NCBI GenBank assembly: GCA_963839865.1
Contig: CAWIWS010000008.1
Location: 60,301-124,300 of the forward strand
Source of the DNA: an uncultured Acidobacteriota bacterium
GTDB lineage: Bacteria; Acidobacteriota; Vicinamibacteria; Vicinamibacterales; UBA2999
Reading direction: 5' to 3'
Length of the DNA: 64,000 nucleotides
Each line of letters begins with the position of its first letter. The first letter of the stretch is position 1. Of the stretch, positions 36,712 to 46,823 are shown one piece after another. The translations under genes and the position numbers were made by a program. The notes beneath the pieces were generated by a model, which was not told the DNA's origin, searched no databases, and saw only the letters and a list, made by a program, of their open reading frames with translations.

Positions 36712-38806
36712 TGACCGTCTCGACATTCGTCGCGCGCGCCAAGAAGGCGCTGCGCATGCCCCCACGGGTGCTGGCGGCGCGCCTCCGTGAGTCGTTGCGC
36801 GCGCATTCACGCCGACCCTGGTCGCAGGTGTACCCGCGCGTGCTGCGGGACCAGGCGATCCTCGGCGAGAGCGGCGCCGCGACGTTCGACGCGTTGTGGG
36901 CGCGGCAGATGGCGCAGCCGTTCTTCCTGCAGCCCGCCGATCGCGATGCCTACGTCGCCGCGTTTCGCGCGCGGTACCCGGAGGAGGTCACCGCGGTCCT
37001 CGCCACCGCGGACGCGGCGATGCGGCACGAGTTCGACCTGCTCGGCTCCGGCGTCACTGCCCTCGGACCGAAGCTGCCGTGGCTGGACGACTTCAAGACC
37101 GGCCGTCGGTATCCGGTGCAGTACCTGCCGCGACATCCAGTACATGGAACTCGAGAAGCCCACGGACGTGAAGGTGCCGTGGGAACTGAGCCGGTGCCAG
37201 CACTTCACCGCGCTCGGCCAGGCGTACTGGCTGACCGGTGACGAACGGTACGCCGCCGAGTACCGCGCCGAGATTGAAGACTGGATTGCGACCAATCCCT
37301 TTGCCTACAGCGTGAACTGGGCCTGCGCGATGGACGTCGCCCTGCGCGCGATCAACTGGATTTGGGGTTTCTATTTCATGGCCGGTTCGGCGGCGTGCGC
37401 CGATCCCGCGTTCCGCCGCCGGCTCCTGCGGAGCCTCTTCCTCCACGGCGAGTTCGTGTTCCAACACCTCGAGAAGGGCGACGTCAACGGCAACCATTAC
37501 CTGAGCGACGGCGCGGGCCTCGTGTTCCTCGGGCTGTTCTTCAAGCACACGCCGCAGGGGCGCCGCTGGCTCGACACGGGCAGGGCGATTGTGGTCGACG
37601 AGATGCTCCTCCAGGTCTCGGAGGACGGCGTGGATTTCGAGCAGTCCACCTCCTATCAACGACTGGTCCTCGAGTTGTTTCAGACGTCATACCTGCTGCT
37701 GGAGAAGCACGGCGAGCGCGTGCCGGAGGCGCAGTCCGCGCGGCTCGCCCGCATGCTCGAGTTCGTGTGCGCGTACACGAAGCCGGACGGCCTCGCCCCG
37801 CTCATCGGAGACGCCGACGATGGCCGGGTGCAGAAGCTCGGGTCGCAGCGCCTCAACGACCATCGCTACCTGGTCTCGACAGGCGCCGTGCGCTTCGCGC
37901 GGGCGGATTTCAAGGCCGCGGCCGGCCGGTTCTGGGCCGAGTCCTTCTGGATGCTGGGGCCGGAGGGCGCCGCGTCCTTCGACGCGCTGGCGGACGGTCC
38001 CGCCGGCGTCCGGCTCGGTCGCCTTTCCAGCCGGCGGCTTCTACGTCCTCCGAAGCCCTTCGGCGCACGTCGTGATCGACTGCGGCGAGGTGGGAATGCG
38101 CGGGCGCGGCGGCCACGGACACAACGACATCACCAGCTTCGAGCTGTTCCTGAACGGCATGAACGTCGTCTCCGACTGCGGCGCCTACCTCTACACCGCT
38201 TCGCGCGAGTGGCGGAACCGGTTCCGCAGCACGGCGTTCCACAACGTGGCGCAGGTCGACGGGGAAGAGTTGAACCGGTTCATCGGCCCCGACGCGCTCT
38301 GGCAGTTGATGTACGACGCCCATCCCGTCGATCTCGAATGGAAAAGCGACGGATTCGGGGGATACTTTTGTGGAGGGCACGACGGCTACGCGCGGCTCGC
38401 GCCGCCCGTCGCCTCGGTCCGGGAGTTGTTCGTCGATCCCACCCGTCCGCGCGTCGCGTTGCGGGACCGCCTGTCGAGTGCGCGGCCCTCGAGCGGCACG
38501 ACGTGGCGGTTTCACTTCGATCCCGCGCTCGACGCGGACGCTGGTGGGGCCGGACTGCCGCCTCCGCGCGGTGGCCGCGAAGTCTGGCTGCTGGCGGCCG
38601 ATGAGGCCGACACGCGCGAGCGGCGGATCGAGCCCGGCTGGGTCTCGGCGGGCTATGGCGTGAGGATGGAAACGTCGGTGCTCGTGATCCCCGACAACCA
38701 GATGCCGGCGACGTTGGCGTGCGTGTTCGCGGACACGCGCCTCACGGCCGAAGAGCGCCGCGAGGTCACGGCACAACTTGATGCGCATCGTGCGCGCATC
38801 CACTGA
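36711..38806 (+). pseudogene. Heparinase II/III-like (alginate-lyase-type N-domain + Hepar_II_III C-domain) protein, copy 1; +1 breaks near 37128 and 38000
   Basis: ATG 36711 shares one nt with the upstream TGA. Three ORF-track pieces (36654-37241, 36787-38604, 37589-38806) join colinearly: ..HEFDLLGSG.., VPWELSRCQHFTALGQAYWLTGDERYA, NHYLSDG.GL, DGLAPLIGDADDG, AFPAGGFYVLRS, GHGHNDITSFEL, HN...VDG. No signal peptide is evident. Confidence 0.75.
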
Positions 38807-38823
38807 AGGACAAGAAGAGCGTT

Positions 38824-41482
38824 ATGCGTCAGATTCTCATGAACATGGGCGGCGCGGTCGTCGCGCGCGTTCCCGCGGCCGGCCGTCGAAGCGGGCAGCG
38901 TGCTCGTCCGCGTGCATTACTCCCTCGTCAGCGTGGGCACCGAACTGGCGCCCCTGAAGGCGCCGCTCGTGCCCACGGCCGAAGGGCGCGAGCGCCGTTG
39001 AGAAGGGCGCGGCCTATGCCAGCCTCGCCACGCACTACCTCAAGGCCTCGTGGCGCGATCCCGAGAAGGCCGCCCGGCGCCTCGCGTCGATCGCTCGACA
39101 GGCAGCTGGCGCAGCTGAAGCCGGCGACGACGCCGCAGACGCTGGCGCCGGTGGTCACGGCGGGCGACCTGCAGTGGACGCAGGCCAACGCGGTGAAGTT
39201 CTCCGCGAAGGACGGCCGGCTCGAGATCAGCACGGACGATTCCGCCGGCCGGCTACCAGGTGATGACGCGCGAATTGGCCGTGCCCGAGGGCCTGGTGCC
39301 GCTCATCCGCGTCGCCGGCACCGTGCACAGCGGCGCCATCGCCATCGGCATCCTCAACGCCGGCCGCCAGGCCTGGCTCGGCTCGAAGACGTTCGACGCC
39401 GGGCCGCTTCGAGGACTACCTGATCTTCGATCCCGGCGCGTCGCGCCAGGTCACGGTCGTGATCGCCAACTCGAACGGCGGCAAGTCGCAGGTCACCGTC
39501 GACACCGTCGAAGTGACGATGGCGCCGTCGACGCCGGGCGGGCTGCCCTACAGCGAGATGGACCAGACGGGCTGGAACATCGGCTACTCGGTCGTCGGGC
39601 GAGGTCGTGGCCGTCGGCGAGGGCATCACCGACCTCGTCGCCCGGCGACCTCGTCGCGTGCGCGGGCGCGGGCGCGGCGAACCACGCGGACTACGTCAGC
39701 GTGAAGCGGAACCTCGTGTGCCGCGTGCCCGCCGGCTGCGCGGCGAGCGCGGCGGCCTCCGCCACGATCGGCTCGATCGCGCTGCAGGGCGTGCGCCGCG
39801 CGACGCCGCAACTGGGCGAGCGCATCGCCGTGCTGGGCCTCGGCCTCATCGGCCAGATCACGGTGCAGTTGCTGCGCAGCGCCGGATGCACGGTCATCGG
39901 CCTCGACCTCGATCCCGAGCGCGTCGCGCGCGCCAAGGCGCTCGGCATGGACGCCGGCGCGTCGGATCCCGGAGGCGTTCAAGGCGCTCGTGCGCGACTG
40001 CACCGAGGGCCGCGGCGTGGACAAGACGCTGATGACGGCGGCCACGCGGTCCGATTCCGTCGTGAACCTCGCGATGGACGTCACCCGCGCCAAGGGCGCC
40101 GTCGTCATCGTCGGCGACGTGGGCCTGAACGTGCAGCGCGCGGTCTTCTATCGCAAGGAGATCGACCTGCTGATGAGCACGTCGTACGGCCCGGGCCGCT
40201 ACGACGCAGACCTACGAGGTCGACGGGCGCGACTACCCGTTCGCGTACGTGCGCTGGACGCTGAACCGCAACATGCAGTCGTATCTCGAGCTGATCGCCT
40301 CGGGACGCGTGAACCTCGACGCGCTGATCGATCGGGTGATCACCGTGGACGAGGCGACCGCCGCCTACAAGGCGCTCGCCGGCGCGGCGGGCACGCCGCC
40401 GCTCGGCGTCCTCATCCGGTATCCGGACGACGCGCGGGAGCTGCCGGAGCCGGCCGATGCGACGCGGATCACGGTGCGCGGCCACAAGCCGCCGAACCCC
40501 GAGCTGATCAACTACGCGCTCGTCGGCGCCGGCGCCTTCGGCATGGCGATGCTCGTGCCGCAGATGAAGAAGCGGAAGGACCGCTACTTCCTCCGCGGCG
40601 TCGTCACGCGCAACAACGCGCAGGGCGGCAACTTCGCGCGCGAGAACGGCGTGGAGGTGCTGGCGTCGGAACTCAAGACGGTCCTGGACGACCCGTCGTT
40701 CCACCTGATGGTCATCGCGACGCGGCATCACGAGCACGTCGGGCCGGTCATCGAGAGCCTCAAGGCGGGCAAGCACGTGTTCGTCGAGAAGCCGCTGGCG
40801 ATCACCTGGCAGGGGCTGGATGACGTCGTCAAGGCGTACAACAGCCTCGAGCACAAGCCGCTGCTGATGGTCGGGTTCAACCGGCGCTTCTCGCCGGCGG
40901 TCACCGAGATCAAGAAGGCCGTGGCCGGGCGCCGGGCGCCGCTGATGATCGAGTACCGCCTGAACGGCGGCTACATCCCGATGGACAGCTGGGTGCAGGG
41001 CGCGCAGGGCGGCGGCCGCAACATCGGCGAGGCCTGCCACATGTACGACGTGTTCCGCTCGCTGACGGGATCGCCGGTGCGGTCCATCTCCGCGACCTCG
41101 ATCGATCCCGGGCACGCTCCCGTACCTGCGGAACGACAACTTCTCCGCGACGATCGGCTACGAGGACGGCAGCGTGGCCACGCTCGTCTACACCGCGCTC
41201 GGGCCCAAGACCGGCATGAGCAAGGAGCGCATCGAGGTGTTCTGCGACGGCGACGCGTACGTCGTGGACAACTTCCAGAAGCTCACGCGCGCGAGCGACG
41301 GGCACGTGATGTGGCAGAGCAGCGAGCCCGACAAGGGGCACGCCGAGGAGTTCAGCCTCCTCGGTGACGCCATCGCCACCGGCGGCGCGGCGCCGATTTC
41401 CTTCGAGGAGATCGTCGAGACGACGGCGGTGTCGCTGCACGTCGAGGACCTCCTGCACCACCGAGAGGAAGGGAGCGCCTAG
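38824..41482 (+). pseudogene. Bi-domain oxidoreductase (N-terminal MDR/zinc-type alcohol dehydrogenase-like + C-terminal Gfo/Idh/MocA) with a ~150-aa inserted module; about 10 consecutive +1 frame breaks
   Basis: Sense hops through frames 1>2>0>1>2>0>1>2>0>1>2 at about 38865, 38992, 39097, 39253, 39408, 39598, 39640, 39970, 40210 and 41118. The repaired reading contains VLVRVHYSLVSVGTE, GDLVACAGAGAANHADYV, AVLGLGLIGQITVQLL (Rossmann), then YALVGAGAFG, HVFVEKPLA, GFNRRF (Gfo/Idh/MocA). At ~886 aa it is about 150-180 aa longer than the ~700-aa size I recall for this fusion type. Confidence 0.7.
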
Positions 41483-41484
41483 GC

Positions 41485-44229
41485 ATGGCCTCGTGCCTGT
41501 ATGTCGGGCCACGGCTCGACAGCTTCCGGCATCGTCAGCCGCGAGGGTCTGGAGGCGACGACGGAGCGTCACCGTCTCGAGATCCCGCCGGCGGTCATGA
41601 CCCCGGTCCGCGCGTCCGCTCGACGAATTGGCGCGCCTGCCGAACCTGGCCGGCGTCATCGTGGAGATGCACCAGGGCTGGCCCGGGCAGAACCACCTGC
41701 GGTTTGCCGCGGTCCGCGGCGAAGATGGGCCGTCGCGTCTGGTTCTACTGGCCCGCCGAGGATGCGATCGAGTGCATCGACGGCGAACAGCTGACCACGT
41801 ATTGGAACCTGTGGGTACTTCATGCTGGCGGTCCGCACGTGGCGCCGCGTGGCGCGCGTGGTGGCCCGTGCCTGGCGGGCGGTCACGTTGCCGTACCGGA
41901 TGGCCCGGGTCCTCGCCGTCCAGGCCAACGCGCCGGCGCCGGGCGCGCCCGCCGGGCAGGTGCCCACGGACGTGGCGGCCGAGCGTTCCCGCCGCGCGCT
42001 GGCGGAGCTGATGCCTGTCGCCGAGCCCGTGCCGATGGGCGAGGCCCCCTCGCAACCCGACGCGGCGCACCGCGTTCGCCGGTACCGGCGTCTACTTGCG
42101 CACGGACTTCTGGGCGCAGATCACCTCCGGCGGCAGCTACGGCCACACTTGCTACGTGGCGAAGGAACTGGCCGCCGTCACAGAACGGTTCACCTGCTTC
42201 ATGGGCAGCCGCTTCAGCCTGCTCGACGAGCTACGGCCTGCACCAGGTCGTGCTGCCGCGCCCATCGGAGACGAGCAGCGAGTCCGACCTCCTCGAGGCG
42301 CACTGGGCGTACTACCCGCAGCTGAAGCTGGCCTGCCGAGCGTTGAGGCCCGCCTACATCTACGAGCGCCTGTGCATGGGCAACTTCTGCGGGGCCGCCC
42401 TCAGCCATGAACTCGGCATTCCCTACATCGTTGAATACAACGGCTCCGAGATCTCGATGACTCGGAGCTTCGGCGGCGTGGCCCTCACGCACGAGGACGT
42501 CTTCATCGCCGCGGAGGACGCGGCGTTCAGGCAGGCGACGATGATCAGCGTCGTGTCGCAGGTGATGCAAGGACTCGCTCGTGGCGCGCGGCGTCGACGC
42601 GGCGAAGATCCTGGTGAACCCGAACGGCGCCGACCCCGACACCTACCGCCGATGGCACCGGCCGCGAAGGCGGCCCTGCGCGCCGAACTGGGTTTTGCCC
42701 CCGACGATCGGGTGGTCGGCTTCACCGGCACCTTCGGAGGATGGCACGGCATCGACGTGCTCGCCAAGGCCATCCCGACGATTTGCGCCGCGTCAGCCGC
42801 GCGTCATGTTCCTGCTCATCGGCGACGGCACGCACAAGCACTTCGTGGACGACGCCGTGGTCGAGCACGGGCTCGAGCGACGGGTGAAGAGCGTGGGCCG
42901 CGTGCCGCAAGCCGAAGGCGCGCGGTTGCTCGGCGCCTGCGACCTCTACGTGTCACCGCACAACAGCCACATGGTGGACAGCAAGTTCTTCGGCTCGCCG
43001 ACCAAGCTGTTCGAGTACATGGCGATGGGCGGCGGCATCGTCGGCAGCGACCTCGAGCAACTTGGCGAGGTGTTGTCGCCGGCGCTGCGGGTGTCCGATT
43101 TCCGCAAGGCCGACGTCGCCGTGGGCCCGGAGCGCGCCGTCCTTTGCACGCCGGGCGACGTGGACGAGTTTGCCGAGGCCGTCGTCGCGCTGGCCGAGCG
43201 CCCGAAGGTCGCGGAGACGATTGGGCGCAATGCGCGCCAGGCCGTGATCGATGAATTCTCGTGGCGCCGTCACGTCGGCCACGTCTGGCGGTTCCTCGAC
43301 GACGATCGGCCGGCGTTGGCGGCCCGGAACGAGCGCGCGCGCGAGCGCGCCGCACAGGCCCTGGCAGGAGTCGTCGTGGCGCCGGTGGTCGTGCCGGAGC
43401 GGCCTGGCCTGCGACCGCGTGGAGACCGGCGACGCCTACAAGGAAGAAGTCCAGGACCAGTGGAACAACAACCCGGTCGGCAGCCACTACGCCAAGGTGA
43501 CCAAGCCGCACACGCTCGAGTGGTACCACGAGATCGAGCGATACCGGTACGCGGAGTACGCGCCGTGGATGCTCGAGGTCATGGAGTTCCAGCGGCATGC
43601 GGGTCACGACGGTGCTGGAAATCGGCGGCGGCCTGGGCACCGACCTGAGCCAGTTCGCCCGCAACGGCGCGATGGTGACGGACGTGGACCTGTCGGCCGG
43701 TCACCTGGGGCACGCGAAGGAGAACTTCGAACTGCGCGGCCTCACCGGCCAGTTCGTGCACCACGACGCCGAGGATCTGCCGTTTCCCGACAACAGCTTC
43801 GACGTCGTCTACAGCAACGGCGTGATCCACCACACGCCGAACACCCAGCAGGTGGTCCGCGAGATCCGGCGCGTGCTGAAGCCCGGCGGCAAGGCGATCA
43901 TCATGCTGTACGCCGAGCATTCCTGGCACTACTGGTACCGCCTGGTCTGGGAACAAGGCGTCAAGCACGACATGCTGTCGACGTATTCGATCGGCGAGAT
44001 CATGTCGCGCCGCGTCGAGATCACCGAGAATGACGCGCGGCCGCTCGTGAAGGTATACACGGCGCGCCGGCTCCGGCGCATGTTCAAGGACTTCGCGTCA
44101 CACGCCTTCTACAAGCGCCAGTTGATCCGGTCGGAGTTGCCGGCAGGGCTGCGCTGGGTGCCCGTCGAGCCCGCGTCGAAACTCGTGGGGTGGAACATCA
44201 TCATCAAGGCGACCAAGCCCCGCGCATGA
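41485..44229 (+). pseudogene. Tri-partite fusion: novel N-domain + GT4-type glycosyltransferase + class I SAM methyltransferase, copy 1; about 11 frame breaks
   Basis: The reading is colinear with the better-preserved copy 2. Breaks are at about 41505, 41618, 41712, 41818, 42074, 42230, 42572, 42652 (-1), 42790, 43397 and 43612. Blocks: CLYV..TERHRLEI, RRVWFYWP, GVYLRTDFWAQITSGGSYGHTCYVAKELA, IVEYNGSEI, ILVNPNGADP, GTFGGWHGIDVL, FFGSPTKLFEYMAMGGGIVGSDL. The methyltransferase part has VLEIGGGLGTD, VYSNGVIHHTPN and LKPGGKAII. Confidence 0.7.
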
Positions 44230-46823
44230 GCGAGCGCATGGACTCGTGCCTCTACGTCACGTCGAACCTCGGCGCGGCGGCGACGGTGACCGAGGCGGGG
44301 CTGGCGGAGACCACCGAGCGCCATCACCTGGCGATTCGCCTGGGGCCGATGGCCACCTGCCTCGATCCGCTTGGCGAACTGGCCAGGCGGCCGGACCTCC
44401 TCGGCGTGATCGTCGCGATGGAGCGCGGGTGGCCTGGCTCGTCTCACCTCCGGTTTGCGTCCGCTGCGCTGAAGCAGAAGCGCCGCGTGTGGTTCTATTG
44501 GCCGTCGGAGCAGGCCGTCGAGGTGATCGACGCCGACACACTGGGCACCTACTGGCGGCTGTGGGCCTACTGCACGGCGGACCTGCTCAAGCGCCGCCTC
44601 AAGGGCCTCGTGCGACCGCAAGTGCACGACGCCGGCGCGGATGTCGTCGAGCGCTGCAGCGTCGCGCTGCGGCAGCTGTACGGCGGCGCCTCGCCGGTGC
44701 CGTTCCCCACGGATCTCCCTCGGCCGACTGGCGACCGTCGCATTCCCGGCACGGGCGTGTACCTCCGCACGGACTACTGGGTCCAGTTGACGTCGGGCGG
44801 GAGCTACGGGCACACCTGCTATGTCGCGCGCGAGCTCGCGGCCGTGACGGAGGACTTCACGTGCCTCATGGCCAGCCCCTTTGCGATGCTGGACGAGTTC
44901 GGCCTGCGGCAGGTGGTGATGCCGCCGGCCTCGGACTCGGCCGCGGAGATTCCGCTGCTGGCCGCGACGTGGCACTACTATCCGATCCTGAAGGTGGCGT
45001 TCGGAATGCAGCGGCCGGCCTATATCTACGAGCGCTTGTGTCTCGGCAACTTCGCCGCCGCGCTCGTGAGCCAGGAACTCGGCATCCCCTACATCCTCGA
45101 ATACAACGGCTCGGAAATTTCGATGAGCCGCAGCTTCAACGGGACGAGCCTCGAGCATGAGCAGATGTTCGTGCGGGCTGAAGACGCCGCCTTTCGCCAG
45201 GCCACGCTCATCACCGTGGTGTCGCAGGTGCTCAAGGACTCGCTGGTCGCGCGAAAGGTCGATCCGCGGAAGATCCTCGTCAATCCCAACGGCGCCGATC
45301 CGGTGCAATACGCGCCGCCGTCCGCCGAGGCAAGGCGCGCCGTGCGGACGAACCTCGGGTATACGGACGATGACCGCGTCATCGGGTTCTCGGGCACGTT
45401 CGGCGGCTGGCACGGCATCGACGTGCTCGCGGAGGCGATTCCGAAGATCTGCGCACGCGCGCCGAAGGCGAAGTTCCTGCTGATCGGCGACGGCTCGCAC
45501 AAGCCCATGCTGGACGAAGCGGTGTCGCAACACCACCTGCAGTCGCGCGTGCACAGCGCGGGCCGCGTGCCCCAGCAGGAAGGCGCGCGGCTGCTCGGCG
45601 CGTGCGACATCTTCGTCTCTCCCCACAACAGCCACATGGTGGACAGCAAGTTCTTCGGGTCGCCGACGAAGCTGTTCGAGTACATGGCGATGGGCGGTGG
45701 CATCGTCGGCAGCGACCTCGAGCAGCTGGGCGAAGTCCTGTCGCCGGCGCTGCGGCCCGCCGATCTCGGTCCGTGCCGACCTGCGCGTCGGCGTCCGAGC
45801 GCGCGGTGCTGTGCACGCCCGGCAGCGTCGAAGAATTCGTCGAGGCAGTCGTCGGCCTCGTTGATCGGCCGGACGTGTCCGCCGCGCTCGGCCGCAACGC
45901 CCGGAAGGCCGTGCTCGACCAGTTCACCTGGGCACGCCACGTCGACAACGTGTGGCGCTTCGTGCGCGAGGAACTCCAGGCCGGCCCGGCGGTCGCGGCG
46001 GAGCCCGGGCGCGTCACCACCGGCGACGCCTACAAGGAGCAGGTCCAGGACCAGTGGAACAACAACCCGGTCGGGACGCACTACGCGAAGACCACCGAGC
46101 CGCACACGCTCGAGTGGTTCCAGGAGGTCGAGGCGCACCGCTACGGCGTCTACGCCCCGTGGATGCCCGCGCTGATGGAGTTCGACCAGCACGCCGGCGA
46201 GGACGTGCTCGAGATTGGCGGCGGCATCGGCACCGATCTGAGCCAGTTCGCGCGGCACGGCGCGCGCGTGACCGACCTCGATTTGTCGGCCGGACACCTG
46301 GCGCTCGCGCAAGAGAACTTCGAGCGGCGCGGCCTCCAGGGCCGCTTCGTGCACCACGACGCCGAGTCGCTCCCGTTCGACGACAACACCTTCGACGTCG
46401 TCTATTCGAACGGCGTGCTGCACCACACGCCCAACACGCGCCACGTCGTCCAGGAGATCCGGCGCGTGCTGAAGCCCGGCGGCAAGGCGATCGTGATGAT
46501 GTACGCCGAGCACTCGATTCATTACTGGCGTGAGCTGGTGCGCACGCTCGGCCTCGACCGCGACCTGTTGAAGAACCACTCGATGGGCGAAATCATGTCG
46601 AGGTACGTCGAGATCTCCCAGAATGACGCGCGTCCGCTCGTGAAGGTCTACACAGCCGCGCGCCTCAAACGCCTCTTCGACGGGCTTCGAGGGCCGCGCG
46701 GTCTACAAGCGCCAGTTGATGCCCAGCGAAGTCCCCGGCGCGTGCTCGTGGCTGCCCCTCGACCTGAACGGGCGGCTCATGGGTTGGAACGTCATCATCA
46801 AGGCCAGGAAGCCCCGCACGTGA
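44226..46823 (+). pseudogene. N-domain + GT4 glycosyltransferase + SAM methyltransferase fusion, copy 2; +1 breaks near 45769, 45798 and 46685
   Basis: ATG 44226 overlaps the upstream stop (ATGA). ORF 44190-46175 is intact through the GT4 domain. Two +1 shifts 30 nt apart restore LRPADL|VRADLRVGV|ERAVLCTPG, which is length-identical to copy 1. The methyltransferase domain is in ORF 45602-47071. The last ~45 codons (EGRAVYKRQLMPSE...GWNVIIKARKPRT) are in frame 0, ending at TGA 46821-46823. Confidence 0.75.

Noticed and set aside
38824-43650. Programmed ribosomal frameshifting or transcriptional slippage as an explanation for the dense frame breaks
   Set aside because: There are 10-11 consecutive shifts per gene. 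The sites share no slippery motif or downstream structure and are mostly not in homopolymers. No known recoding system works like this, so sequence error or decay is far more parsimonious. The one exception, the G6 tract at 10382, is listed as a low-probability finding.
41485-46823. Duplicated 2.7-kb segments as a mobile element or IS-mediated duplication
   Set aside because: There are no transposase, integrase or recombinase ORFs, no terminal inverted repeats and no target-site duplications. The copies are diverged head-to-tail paralogous genes with an ATGA junction, which fits ordinary tandem gene duplication.
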